Assembly: GCA_041484445.1 (NCBI GenBank)
Contig: JBGPHP010000002.1
Location: forward strand, 1-52,205
Length of the DNA stretch: 52,205 bases
Direction of reading: 5' to 3'
Source of the DNA: Gemmatimonadota bacterium
GTDB lineage: Bacteria > Gemmatimonadota > Gemmatimonadetes > Gemmatimonadales > GWC2-71-9
How positions within the stretch are numbered: the stretch's first letter is position 1; each line of letters opens with the position of its first letter. A program made the position numbers and the translations under genes. Shown piece by piece: positions 1 through 13,298 of the stretch. Below the pieces are notes generated by a model. That model was given only the letters and a program-made list of their open reading frames with translations, did not search any database and was not told where the DNA came from.

Positions 1-1697
<1,697 letters not shown>

Positions 1698-1701
<4 letters not shown>

Positions 1702-4100
1702 TCCGCCGGCTCCTGCCGTCGGTCGCCGTCCTCGCGGTCCTACTGGTCCCCGTCCGGGCTTCCGCCCAGGAGCAGGGACCGGGAGGCCGCCCGGATTCCG
1801 TCACCACCGTCGGCTCGAAGCGCGTTGCCCCCGCTGTCGTCCTGCAGACCGCCGGGCTCGTCCCGGGTCGCTTCACTACGTATCGCGACATCCAGCGGGC
1901 GATTCGGGCGCTGTACGCGTCCGGACAGTTCGACGACGTCCGAATCGATCAGGACACGAGCACCGGGTCGCAGATTCTCGTGATCCGGGTGAAGGAGCGG
2001 CCCATCCTGCTGCACTGGACCGTGCGCGGCGTTTCCCGCCTGAGCGAAGGGTCGGTGCGCTCCAAGGTCACGCTGTCGGAGGGCCGGCCCTATGATCCCG
2101 CGGCGGTGGCGCGTGCCCGGGGCCGCATCGATTCGTTGTATCGCGCGCGCGGCTACTACCTGGCCGAGATCAAGACGATCCCCGTCTACGAAGCCGACTC
2201 CTCGCGTGTGCGCCTCGTGTTCGACGTTTCCGAAGGCCGCCGGGTGGCCATCGCCCGGGTGAGCGTCCAGGGCAACACGCATTTCTCCGACGACGAAATC
2301 GTGGCCCACATGGGCACGCGGCCCGAGGGCTTCTGGTGGTGGCGCAAGGGTGATTACGACGACGAGAAGCTGCGGGCCGACATGCAGGAGCGGCTGCCCA
2401 AGTTCTACGGCGAGCACGGCTTCGTGGACTTCCAGGTGCTCGACGATACGCTGCTGGTGAACGATTCGAGCGGCAAGGCCGAGCTCGTGCTGCGCGTGAG
2501 CGAGGGCGAGCCGTACCACGTCGGCACCTTCGAGATCGTCGGCAACCGGCGGTTCTCCACGACGGATCTGCAGCAGCTGTTCCCCTTCAAGGGGGAGCAG
2601 CGCACCGGTCTGCTCGGCATGGGCGGCACCACCCACGGACCGGCGGTGTTCAGCGCCGCGCGCTGGGACGACGCCACGACATCGCTCTATTCCCTCTATC
2701 ACAACGAGGGCTACATCTACACGCAGGTCCGGCCGGACGTGATCCGCCGGACCGGCGCCGACCGCAAGCCGGTCGTCGATCTCCGCTGGGTGATCAATGA
2801 AGGGCAGCCGGCGATCGTCAACAAGATCGAGATCGTCGGCAACGACGTCACCCACGAGCGGGTGATTCGCGATCAGATCGTGCTGCTTCCGGGGGACGTC
2901 TTCCGGCAGGACGCGCTGCTGCGCTCCTACCAGAACATCTCCAACCTCGGATTCTTCAACCAGCCGCTGCCGCCGCCGGAGACGCCGCAGGCCAATGATC
3001 AGGGCGACATCGACATCGTGTTTCACGTGAGCGAGAAGCACACGGGGAACGTCAATTTCGGCGCGTCGGTAGGGCAAGGCACGGGGATAGGCGGGTTCCT
3101 GGGCCTGGAAGAGCCGAACCTCTTCGGGCAGGGGAAGCGCGGCAAGTTCCAGTGGCAGTTCGGCAAGAACATCAACGACTTCGACATCTCGTTCACCGAC
3201 CCGGGCATTCGCGAGTCGCGCATCTCGGGAACGCTCGACGCCCACAACACGCGGCTGCGCTACAATATCGCGGACCTGGGCCAGGTGCGGCGGCGCGGGG
3301 CGAGCCTGCAGTTTGGCTTCCCGGCGTTCCACGACCGTTACGCCCGGTTGTTCGTGTCGTACGGGCTGGACGAGCAGACGGTCACCGGCTCGGCGTCCAA
3401 CGTAGCGTTCAGCGCGGTCTTCAACTGTCGCAATTGTCTGCGATCCACGTTCGGCGTCTCGGTGCTGCGCGACAACCGCATCAACCTGCCGTTCGCCACG
3501 GGCGGTGCCATGGCGTCGCTGGGCGTGTCGCATAGCGGCGGGTTCCTGGGCGGCGACGGGGACTTCGAGAAGCTGGATCTCGAAGGGCACTGGTACACCC
3601 CGCTCGGACAGATCGGCGGGCGCACCGGCGGCAACCCCTTGGCGATCGTGCTCGGCCTGTCGACGCGCTCGGGCCTGGTGTTCGGCAACTCTCCGTTCTT
3701 CGATCAATTGTTCAGTATGGGCGGGACCCAGTACGGCATCCCGCTGCGCGGGTACGACGAGTTCTCAATCACGCCGCAGGGCTATGACCCCCTCGCCAGC
3801 ACGCGTGGCGCCGCGCCCAGTGCGTTCGGCAAGGCCTACTTCCTGATGACCGGGGAGGTGGGCCTGCGCCTGTCGCAGATGTTCTATGTGAACGCGTTCT
3901 ACGACGCGGGCAATCTCTGGGCCCGGGCCGTGGACTTCAATCCCACGCGGCTGTTCCGCGGCGCCGGCATCGGCCTCGACGTCATCTCTCCCCTTGGGCC
4001 ACTCGGGCTCGACTTCGCCTACGGCTTCGACAAAGTCGACGCCGCGGGCCGGCCGGCGCCGGGCTGGAAACTGCACTTCAAACTCGGCAACTTCTTCTGA
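1698..4100 (+). CDS. bamA: Outer membrane protein assembly factor BamA (Omp85 family)
   Basis: 800 aa with signal peptide MIRRLLPSVAVLAVLLVPVRASAQ, POTRA-like N-terminal repeats and a beta-barrel ending ...KLHFKLGNFF. The GTG start overlaps the clpC stop (GTGA). The gene is followed by skp-lpxD, a conserved synteny. Confidence 0.88.
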
Positions 4101-4684
4101 TGCCCCTTTCCCACGGAGTGGTTATGCGGCGGGTAGTCCTCGTGTGTCTCGCGGCTGGCCTGGCGGCGCCGGCAACGGCTCAGAATCCTCCCACGCCGGC
4201 GCCCCGGCCCAGCGCGCAGGCGCCGGCCCCGATGCGCCTGGCGTTCATCAGCTCACGGACGATTCTCGACAGCACGCCCGGCTACGCGGCGGCGGAGTCC
4301 ACCTTCTACCGCGAGTTCCAGGCGATGCGGGACGAAGTGCAGAAGCTGCAGCAGCAGCTCGACTCGGCCGTGCAGGCGTTCGATCAGGCGTCGATCGCCC
4401 TCTCGCCCGCGGCCAAGGACGCCAAGCGGCGGGAGCTGCAGACGATGCAGGACCGGATGACCCAGCGCTCCGGTCAGCTCGATTCGAACGCGCGCGCACG
4501 CAACCAGGAGCTGCTCGGGCCGTTCCAGGCGCGCATCAACACGATCATCCAGGGAATCCGCGCCGAAGGCAACTACGCGTTCATCTTCGACGGGGATGCA
4601 CAGGGCGCGGGCATCGTGGCGGCCGATCCCATGCTGAATCTGACGTCGAGAGTGATCAGCCGCCTGCGGCAGTCGGGCCCCTGA
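4100..4684 (+). CDS. skp: OmpH/Skp-family periplasmic chaperone
   Basis: 194 aa with a signal peptide (..CLAAGLAAPATAQ) and a Q/E/R-rich coiled-coil body. It sits between bamA and lpxD. The ATG shares 1 nt with the bamA stop (TGATG). Confidence 0.7.
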   Translation: MPLSHGVVMRRVVLVCLAAGLAAPATAQNPPTPAPRPSAQAPAPMRLAFISSRTILDSTPGYAAAESTFYREFQAMRDEVQKLQQQLDSAVQAFDQASIALSPAAKDAKRRELQTMQDRMTQRSGQLDSNARARNQELLGPFQARINTIIQGIRAEGNYAFIFDGDAQGAGIVAADPMLNLTSRVISRLRQSGP

Positions 4685-4697
4685 GCGAGCGCGCACG

Positions 4698-5750
4698 GTG
4701 AGCGCCGCACCCCGGCGGGCGCTGTCGGCTGCGGAGGTCGCCGCGCTCACGGGCGGCCGGCTCATCGGTCCTCCCGACGTGCAGGTCGCCGCGATCGCGC
4801 CCCTCGAGCGGGCCGGTCCCGGCGACCTCTCGTTTCTTGCCAGCCCCCGCTACCTCCCCTACCTTGAGCGGTCGCGTGCCTCGGTGGTGCTCTGCGTGGA
4901 GGCGTACGCCGCGCAGCCCTCCGGAGCGGCCACCCGCATCATCGTCCCGGATCCGCACGCCGCCCTGGTGACCGTGCTCGGCGTGCTGTATCCGGCGCCG
5001 ACCTGGGCCGCGGGCCTCCACTCGACGGCCGTCGTGGGGCCCGGCGCGACCTGGACCGACCCCGTGTCGATCGGCCCGCACGTGGTGCTGGGCCGCGACG
5101 TCCGCCTCGGCCGGAACGTGCGGCTCGGCGCCCACTGCGTCATCGGCGACGGCGTGACGATCGGCGACGACTCGGAGCTGTATCCGCAGGTCACCTGCTA
5201 TCCCGGCACCACCGTGGGACAACGGGCCCTCCTGCACAGCGGCGTCCGGCTCGGCTCGGACGGCTTCGGCTTCGTCCCCGGGCGGGACGGTGCGGCGCAC
5301 CGCAAGATCCCCCACGTGGGACGGTGCGTGATCGGCGACGACGTGGAGATCGGGGCGAACAGCTGTGTGGACCGGGGCAGTGTGGATGACACCGTGATCG
5401 ACGACGGAACCAAGCTCGACAACCTCGTGCACATCGCCCACAATGTGCACGTGGGGAAGCGCTGCCTCATCCTGGCGCTCGCGGGGATTGCGGGCTCGAG
5501 CCGGGTCGAGGACGACGTGATCATCGGTGGCGAAGTCGGCGTGTCGGACCACGTGACGATCGGTCGGGGGGCGCGCGTGCTGGTCCAGGCCGGGGTGATC
5601 GGCGACATCGAACCCGGGGCCACGGTGTGGGGGACGCCCGCCCGCCCGCATCGGGAGGTGCTGCGGGGCATCGCCGCGCTGTACCGCTTGGCGCCGCACG
5701 CCGCGGATCTCGAAGCGCTCACGCAAACCAAAGATGACGACGCCCTCTAA
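4698..5750 (+). CDS. lpxD: UDP-3-O-acylglucosamine N-acyltransferase LpxD
   Basis: N-terminal LpxD domain (LTGGRLIGPPDVQVAAIAPLERAGPGDLSFLASPRYLPYL) followed by long left-handed beta-helix hexapeptide repeats. GTG start. Confidence 0.9.
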   Translation: MSAAPRRALSAAEVAALTGGRLIGPPDVQVAAIAPLERAGPGDLSFLASPRYLPYLERSRASVVLCVEAYAAQPSGAATRIIVPDPHAALVTVLGVLYPAPTWAAGLHSTAVVGPGATWTDPVSIGPHVVLGRDVRLGRNVRLGAHCVIGDGVTIGDDSELYPQVTCYPGTTVGQRALLHSGVRLGSDGFGFVPGRDGAAHRKIPHVGRCVIGDDVEIGANSCVDRGSVDDTVIDDGTKLDNLVHIAHNVHVGKRCLILALAGIAGSSRVEDDVIIGGEVGVSDHVTIGRGARVLVQAGVIGDIEPGATVWGTPARPHREVLRGIAALYRLAPHAADLEALTQTKDDDAL

Positions 5751-7026
5751 ACGACGCAGCGTCGCGCAGGAAGCCGCGGTGACGGGTACGGGGCTGCACA
5801 CCGGGGCGGAGACGCGGGCGACGTTCCGTCCAGGGCCGCCCGGCTCGGGCGTCGTGTTCCGGCGCACGGATCTGGAGGGCGCACCGCACGTCCCGGCCCG
5901 CCTGTCGGAGGTGGAGGCGCTCGAGCGCCGCACCGCCATCGGACACGGGGCCGTGACGATCCACACGGTCGAGCATCTGCTGGCGGCGGTCGCCGCCCAC
6001 GAGATCGACGACCTGCTGGTCGATCTGTCCGGTCCCGAGCCGCCGATCCTGGACGGCAGCGTGGCGCCGTATTTCGCCGCCCTCGCCGAGGCCAAACCGG
6101 TCGACGTGGAGGGAGAGCCGACGCTGCTCACCGTGTCGGCACCCTTCACCGTCACCGAAGGCGACGCGAGCTATCTCGTCGCCCCGAGCAAGCGGCTCCA
6201 GCTGACGGTGACAATCGAATTCCCGCACCCCCTGATCGGACGACAGGTGGGCAGCTACGACATCACCGCCGAATCCTTCGCGCGGGAGCTCGCTCCGGCG
6301 CGGACCTTCGGATTCACCAGCGAGGTCGCGGCGCTCCAGGCGAAGGGGTTGATCAAGGGGGCGTCGACCGCGAGCGCCATCGTGCTGGATGAGCGCGGCG
6401 TGGTGAACGGGGGACGGCTGCGCTGGCCGGATGAGTTCGTGCGCCACAAGGCGGCCGACATCCTCGGGGACCTGGCGCTCACCGGGGGGCGCGTGCGCGC
6501 GCACATCGTGGCGACCAGGCCGAGTCACAGCGGCAACGTGGCGCTCGCCCGGGCGCTCGCCCGGGCCGCGAAGCGCAGTGGTGTGCCCGCGATGGACATC
6601 GGCCGCATCATGGACGTCCTGCCGCACCGCTACCCGTTCCTGCTGGTCGACCGTATTCTGGAAGTGGAAGGGGAGAAGCGCATCGTCGGGATCAAGAACG
6701 TCACGATCAACGAGCCGTTCTTCCAGGGGCATTTTCCCGGACATCCCATCATGCCGGGCGTGCTGATCATCGAGGCGATGGCCCAGGTGGGTGGCATGCT
6801 GCTCCTGAGCCACTTCGAGGCGCAGAACGTCGAAGACAAGGTCGTCTACTTCATGTCGCTCGACAACGTGAAATTCCGCCGCCCCGTGCTCCCCGGCGAT
6901 CAAATCCGCTTCGAGCTCGAGATGATCGCGTTCCGGGGCAAGACGTGCAAAATGAAGGGGCAGGGATTCGTGGACGGCCAGCTGGTGGCGGAGGCGGAGA
7001 TGATGGCCGTGGTGGTGGACAAGTGA
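5734..7026 (+). CDS. lpxC-fabZ: Bifunctional UDP-3-O-acyl-GlcNAc deacetylase / 3-hydroxyacyl-ACP dehydratase (LpxC-FabZ fusion)
   Basis: 430 aa. The N-terminal part is LpxC-like ([38 protein letters not shown]). The C-terminal part is FabZ ([45 protein letters not shown]). Confidence 0.9.
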   Translation: MTTPSKRRSVAQEAAVTGTGLHTGAETRATFRPGPPGSGVVFRRTDLEGAPHVPARLSEVEALERRTAIGHGAVTIHTVEHLLAAVAAHEIDDLLVDLSGPEPPILDGSVAPYFAALAEAKPVDVEGEPTLLTVSAPFTVTEGDASYLVAPSKRLQLTVTIEFPHPLIGRQVGSYDITAESFARELAPARTFGFTSEVAALQAKGLIKGASTASAIVLDERGVVNGGRLRWPDEFVRHKAADILGDLALTGGRVRAHIVATRPSHSGNVALARALARAAKRSGVPAMDIGRIMDVLPHRYPFLLVDRILEVEGEKRIVGIKNVTINEPFFQGHFPGHPIMPGVLIIEAMAQVGGMLLLSHFEAQNVEDKVVYFMSLDNVKFRRPVLPGDQIRFELEMIAFRGKTCKMKGQGFVDGQLVAEAEMMAVVVDK

Positions 7027-7790
7027 TTCACCGAACGGCGCTGGTCGATCCCTCGGCCGAGCTGGGCCTCGACGTGAGCGTCGGGCCCTTCTCCATCATC
7101 GGGCCGAGCGTCGTGATCGGCGATCGCTGCCAGCTCGCGGCTCACGTGGTGATCGAGCGCAACACGCGGCTCGGGACCGGCGTGAAGGTCGGGTATGGCA
7201 CTGTGCTCGGCGCCGACCCCCAGGACCTCAAGTACAAGGGCGAGGAAACCTGGGTCGAGATCGGCGACGGCACCATTATACGCGAATACTGCACCATCAA
7301 CCGCGGCACGCCGGCGACGGGGAAGACGACCGTCGGGCAGCGCTGCTTCATCATGACCTACGTCCACGTCGCGCACGACTGCGTCGTGGGCGATGATGTC
7401 ATCCTCGCCAACTCGATTCAGATGGCGGGCCACGTGACGGTGGACGATCGGGCCATCATCTCAGGACTGGTTCCGATCCACCAGTTCGTGCGGGTGGGGA
7501 CCTACGCCTTCGTCGGCGGCGGCTCCCGGGTCAACCAGGACGTCCCGCCCTATACCAAGGCGGTGGGGAATCCCGTCCACCTCTACGGGCTGAATTCGGT
7601 CGGCTTGCAGCGGGCGGGGTTCACCCCCGAGGTGAAGCTCTCCCTGAAGAAGGCCTACCGGCTGGTCTTCAACTCGCACCTGACCGTCAGCCAGGTGATC
7701 GCCCGGGCGCGGGCGGAGCTGCCGGCGGTTCAGGAAGTCGAGACCTTCCTGCGGTTCATCGAGGCGTCGCAACGGGGGGTGCTGGTGTGA
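7023..7790 (+). CDS. lpxA: Acyl-ACP:UDP-GlcNAc O-acyltransferase LpxA
   Basis: The listed ORF (6945) was trimmed to the in-frame GTG at 7023, which overlaps the fabZ stop (GTGA). The product starts [15 protein letters not shown], has hexapeptide repeats and ends in the LpxA C-terminal helical domain (LNSVGLQRAGF..). Confidence 0.9.
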   Translation: MIHRTALVDPSAELGLDVSVGPFSIIGPSVVIGDRCQLAAHVVIERNTRLGTGVKVGYGTVLGADPQDLKYKGEETWVEIGDGTIIREYCTINRGTPATGKTTVGQRCFIMTYVHVAHDCVVGDDVILANSIQMAGHVTVDDRAIISGLVPIHQFVRVGTYAFVGGGSRVNQDVPPYTKAVGNPVHLYGLNSVGLQRAGFTPEVKLSLKKAYRLVFNSHLTVSQVIARARAELPAVQEVETFLRFIEASQRGVLV

Positions 7791-8764
7791 GCCAGCGCCG
7801 CGTGCGCGTCGGGGTCATCGGCACCGGCGCGCTCGGGTTTCATCACGCGCGGCTACTGCGACGGATGGACGGAGCGGAGTTCGCCGGGATCTACGATGTC
7901 GATCCCGCGCGGGCGGCGCAGGTGGCGCGGGAGCTCGAGACCATCGCCCATCCGACGCTCGATGCGCTGCTGGGCGGCGTGGAAGCCGTGAGCATCGCGG
8001 TGCCGACGCCGGCGCACGCCGAGGTGGGCCTGGCGGTGCTGTCGCGGGGCATCGCCGCGCTGATCGAGAAACCGCTGGCCGATTCGCTGGCCGGCGCCGA
8101 GGCGCTCGTCCGCCAGGCGGCGCAGGCGAGCGTCGTGCTGCAGGTGGGGCACGTCGAGCGGTTCAATCGCGCCGTGCGCGCCGCCGCTCCCTACCTGGCC
8201 GAGCCGCGGTTCCTGCAGACCGAGCGGCTGGCTCCGTTCCAACCGCGCGGGACCGACGTCGCCGTGATCCTCGACCTGATGATCCACGACCTCGACCTGA
8301 TCCTCGAGCTGGTGCGGTCCGAGGTGCACGAGGTCCGGGCGACCGGCGTGCCGGTGCTCACCCCGCACGTGGACATCGCCAACGCGCGCGTGGAATTCGC
8401 CAACGGCGCCGTGGCGCTCGTGACCGCCAGCCGGATCTCCCGGGAACGCACCCGCAAGCTCCGGATCTTCCAGCCCACCGGCTATTTCTCGCTCGACCTG
8501 GCACAGGGCAGCGGGCGTTTCTACCAGCTGAAGCCCGGATGGCAGGAAATGGGCGCGGGGCGCATCGAGGACATCGTCGAAGCGGTGCGGCTCGAGGCAC
8601 CGGAGGCGGAACCGCTCAAGCTCGAGCTCGAGAGTTTCCTGCGAGCCGTACGCGGAGAGAGTGAGGTCGTGGTGTCGGGGGCAGCCGGAGCGCAGGCGCT
8701 GGCGCTGGCATGGCGCGTAGCGGATGCGATCCAGGCATCGCCGCTCGCCGCCATGAAGCCGTGA
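7787..8764 (+). CDS. Gfo/Idh/MocA-family NAD(P)-dependent oxidoreductase embedded in the lipid A operon
   Basis: N-terminal Rossmann motif VRVGVIGTGALGFHH, 325 aa, typical family length. GTGA overlaps with both lpxA and lpxB. Confidence 0.8.
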   Translation: MSQRRVRVGVIGTGALGFHHARLLRRMDGAEFAGIYDVDPARAAQVARELETIAHPTLDALLGGVEAVSIAVPTPAHAEVGLAVLSRGIAALIEKPLADSLAGAEALVRQAAQASVVLQVGHVERFNRAVRAAAPYLAEPRFLQTERLAPFQPRGTDVAVILDLMIHDLDLILELVRSEVHEVRATGVPVLTPHVDIANARVEFANGAVALVTASRISRERTRKLRIFQPTGYFSLDLAQGSGRFYQLKPGWQEMGAGRIEDIVEAVRLEAPEAEPLKLELESFLRAVRGESEVVVSGAAGAQALALAWRVADAIQASPLAAMKP

Positions 8765-9876
8765 GCGGCGGACCGCGGGTCTATTGTTCCGCGGGTGAGC
8801 CGTCGGGGGACGCGCATACGGCGCCGGTGATCGCCGCGCTGCGCCGCCTGGTGCCCGACATCTCGATCGAGGCGTTCGGGGGTCCACAAATGGCGGCCGC
8901 CGGTGCCCGCGTGCTCGACCGGATGGAGGCGTTCTCGGTCGTCGGCTTCGTCGAGGCACTGGAAGGGATCCCGCGCCACTATCGCCTGCTGCGGCGAACG
9001 CGCAGCGCGTTTCAGGCCGGCCGCTACGACGTCGCGATCTTCGTGGACTACCCGGGCTATCACCTGCGCGCAGCGGCTGCCGCCGCGGCGGCGGGCGTGC
9101 CAGTCCTGTACTACATCGCGCCGCAGCTGTGGGCCTGGGGCGCGGGCCGGGTGCGCCGGCTCGCGGCCGCCGTGCGCCAGCTGGCCGTGATCCTGCCGTT
9201 CGAGGAGCCGTTCTTTCGCGAGCGGGGCGTGCCGACCACGTTCGTCGGGCATCCGTTGAAAGACCGTCCGCCGCCGCCGTCCCGTGCGGAGGCGCGGCGA
9301 GCCCTCGGTCTGGAACCCGATCGTCCCACGCTCGGCGTCTTTCCGGGAAGTCGCACGCAGGAGGTCCGCCGCATCTGGCCCGTGGCTCGGGAGGCAGCCC
9401 GCCGGGTGGTCGCGGCGCGTCCCGAGGTGCAGGTCGTGGTCGCGGGTACCGCGGTCGCGCGCTACCCGGACGCCGGGTCGATGCACATCGCGATGGGGGA
9501 CCCCGGACTGGTATTCGCGGCCGCCGACGCCGGGCTCTGCAAGTCGGGTACGACAACCCTCGAGGCGGCCCTCGCCGACCTCCCCATGGTGATCACTTAC
9601 CGGCTGCACCCGGTCTCCAACTTCATCGCGATGCGCGTGCTGCAGGTCCCCTGGGTGGGTCTCGTGAATCTCGTTGCCGGCGAGCTCGTGTGTCCGGAGC
9701 TGCTGCAGGGCGCCGCGCGGCCCCAGGCGCTGGCGGAAGGCGTGCTGCCCCTGCTCGATCCCGCGAATCCCGTCACGCGCCGGCAGCGCGCCGGCTTGGC
9801 GCGCGTGCGCGAGCGGCTCGGTCCCCCGGGGGCGGCGGAGCGCGTCGCGCGGCTCGCCCTGGAGCTGGCGCGGTGA
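8761..9876 (+). CDS. lpxB: Lipid-A-disaccharide synthase LpxB
   Basis: The ORF was trimmed to the GTG at 8761 (GTGA overlap with the upstream stop). The N-terminus VYCSAGEPSGDAHTAPVIAAL is the typical LpxB start, and the protein has a GT19-like length of 371 aa. Confidence 0.85.
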   Translation: MSGGPRVYCSAGEPSGDAHTAPVIAALRRLVPDISIEAFGGPQMAAAGARVLDRMEAFSVVGFVEALEGIPRHYRLLRRTRSAFQAGRYDVAIFVDYPGYHLRAAAAAAAAGVPVLYYIAPQLWAWGAGRVRRLAAAVRQLAVILPFEEPFFRERGVPTTFVGHPLKDRPPPPSRAEARRALGLEPDRPTLGVFPGSRTQEVRRIWPVAREAARRVVAARPEVQVVVAGTAVARYPDAGSMHIAMGDPGLVFAAADAGLCKSGTTTLEAALADLPMVITYRLHPVSNFIAMRVLQVPWVGLVNLVAGELVCPELLQGAARPQALAEGVLPLLDPANPVTRRQRAGLARVRERLGPPGAAERVARLALELAR

Positions 9877-10499
9877 GACTGCGTTGGGCGGAGCCGCTGT
9901 TCACCTCGGTCGGGTTCGTCCTGGTGGGGCTCCTGGCGCGCACCTGGCGCTTCCGCGAAACCGGCCGCGAGCATCCGCAGGTGCTGTACGACGCGAAGCG
10001 GCCCTTCGTCTTCGCACTGTGGCACAGCCGCATTCTGCCGCTGTTGTTTCTCCACCGCCACGAGGGGATGGTGCTCCTCATCAGCCGGCATCGCGACGGC
10101 GGTCTGCTGGCCACGCTGGCGGAGCGGTGGGGGTATCGATTCGTGCGCGGGTCCACGCAGCGGGGAGGCGAGGTCGGGCTGCTCGGGGTCGTCCGGGCTC
10201 TGCAGGCGGGTGGCGTCGTGGCGATCACGCCCGACGGGCCGCGCGGACCGGCAGAGCGGGTGAAACCCGGGATCGTCGCCGCCGCACAGCACGCCGGAGT
10301 GCCGGTCGTGCCCGCCACGGCGCGGCCATCGCGCGCCTGGTGGCTCTCGAGCTGGGACCGGTTTTGCATCCCGCAGCCGTTCGCCACCATCGACGTCACC
10401 TACGGTGCGCCCCTGGGCATCGGCCCCGGGAAAGCCGGCCTGCGCAGCGGCATGGAGGCCGTGGAGCGCGGACTGAACGCCATCGCAGCCGCGAGCTGA
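9873..10499 (+). CDS. DUF374 / LPLAT-superfamily protein (LpxJ-like candidate lipid A late acyltransferase)
   Basis: The long ORF (9129) was trimmed to the GTG at 9873 (GTGA overlap with the lpxB stop). 208 aa containing FALWHSRILPL...ISRHRDGG...AITPDGPRGP, as in the DUF374 family. One N-terminal hydrophobic segment. Confidence 0.6.
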   Translation: MRLRWAEPLFTSVGFVLVGLLARTWRFRETGREHPQVLYDAKRPFVFALWHSRILPLLFLHRHEGMVLLISRHRDGGLLATLAERWGYRFVRGSTQRGGEVGLLGVVRALQAGGVVAITPDGPRGPAERVKPGIVAAAQHAGVPVVPATARPSRAWWLSSWDRFCIPQPFATIDVTYGAPLGIGPGKAGLRSGMEAVERGLNAIAAAS

Positions 10500-11562
10500 T
10501 GGCCACCGATTGGCGGGTCCGTCTGGTGCGGCGCCTCTGGCGCCGCCGGAGCTGGAAGGCGCGTGTGGTCCGGGCGGGGCTGCTCCCGCTGTCCGGGATC
10601 TACGCCGGAGTCGTCTCGCTCCGCGCCGCGGCGTATCGCTACGGCCTGGTGCGTGCGCGAGCGCTGCCGCTCCCGGCGATCGCGGTGGGTAACCTGTCGG
10701 TCGGCGGGACGGGAAAGACGCCATTGGCGGCGTGGGTCGCGGCGTATTGCGTCCAGGCGGGGCGCCGGCCCGGGATACTGCTGCGCGGCTACGGGCGCGA
10801 CGAAGTGCTGGTGCACCAGCGCCTGGTGCCGACGGCCATCGTGGTGGCGGATCCGGATCGCGCCGCCGGCGGTGCGGCGGCCCGGCGTGGCGGAGCCGAC
10901 GTGCTGGTGCTCGATGACGCCTTCCAGCTGCTGGCGGCGACGCGAGACCTCAATATCGCGGTCCTCGCGGTCGAGCAGGAACGACTCTCCCCCTGGACGC
11001 TACCGTCGGGTCCGTGGCGCGAGCCCCGGGGCGCCCTCGGCCGGGCGGACATCCTGGTCGTGACGCGCAAACGCGCGGACGCCGAGAGCGCCCGTGCCCT
11101 GGCCGACCGCCTGGCCGCCCGCTGGCCCGCGGCGACCGTCGCCCAGGCACGGCTGGACCTGCGAGAGCTCGTCGGCATGCGCTCGGGCACGCGAATATCC
11201 TTGGATGGGCTGCGGGGACAGCAGGTGTTCGCGGCGGCCGCCATCGCTGATCCGGAGAGTTTCGCGGTCCAGGTCCGGGCTTCGGGCGCTACCGTGCAAC
11301 TCACGGCGTACCAAGACCATCACGAGTACGATGCGGCCGACGTTCAGCGCCTCGTGCGGCTGGCGGCCGGCGGCGGTTATCTTGTGGTCACGGAAAAGGA
11401 CGCTGTGAAGCTGCGTGCCTTGTGGCCGGCCGAAGGGCCGGAACCGCTGGTCGCGGAGCTGGAGTGGACGTGGGAGCGGAATGGCGGGGCCGTCGTCCAG
11501 GCGCTGGACCGCGTGCTCGCCGCTCCCGTGCAGGCGAGCGTCGACACCACCAACCACGACCC

Positions 11563-11566
<4 letters not shown>
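10499..11566 (+). CDS. lpxK: Tetraacyldisaccharide 4'-kinase LpxK
   Basis: The ORF was trimmed to the ATG at 10499. P-loop [12 protein letters not shown], 355 aa, position directly after lpxB. Confidence 0.85.
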
Positions 11567-12872
<1,306 letters not shown>

Positions 12873-12873
<1 letters not shown>

Positions 12874-13298
12874 TGCGCTATCACCTCGTCGCGGTGGGGC
12901 GCCTCAAGAACGTGGGGCTCCGGGCGGCGTGTGATGAGTACCTGAAGCGGCTACGGCGCTACGCGCGGGTCGAAGAACGAGAAGTGAAGGACGAGGCGCG
13001 TTTGCCCGAGGCCATCCCCGGGGAAGCGCGCCTTGTCGCACTGTCGCGCCGGGGCGAGAGCTGGAGCTCGACCGAGCTCGCCCGGCGCACAGCGCGCTGG
13101 GACCAGGACGGGCGGGACGTGGCACTCGCGATCGGCGGCGCCGACGGGCTGCCCGCGAGCCTCGTGGGCCGGGCCGAGCGCGTCTGGAGCCTGTCGCCGC
13201 TCACGTTTCCACACGAGCTGGCGCGCGTCGTCGTGCTGGAGCAGTTGTACCGCGCGTTCACCATCCGGCGGGGGGAGCCCTACCATCGCGGGTCCTGA
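12873..13298 (+). CDS. rlmH: 23S rRNA (pseudouridine1915-N3)-methyltransferase RlmH (SPOUT)
   Basis: 141 aa. [48 protein letters not shown] matches the RlmH pattern. The ATG shares 1 nt with the gdh stop. Confidence 0.85.

Noticed and set aside
1740-3707. Many long antisense or alternative-frame ORFs, for example 1740-3707(-), 4656-6155(-), 7853-9556(-), 16061-17812(-), 37082-38671(+), 47815-49353(+) and 49633-51453(+).
   Set aside because: These are the typical stop-codon-poor shadow frames of GC-rich DNA. Their translations are dominated by R/A/G/P/H runs with no recognisable domains, and each lies opposite or over a well-supported gene.
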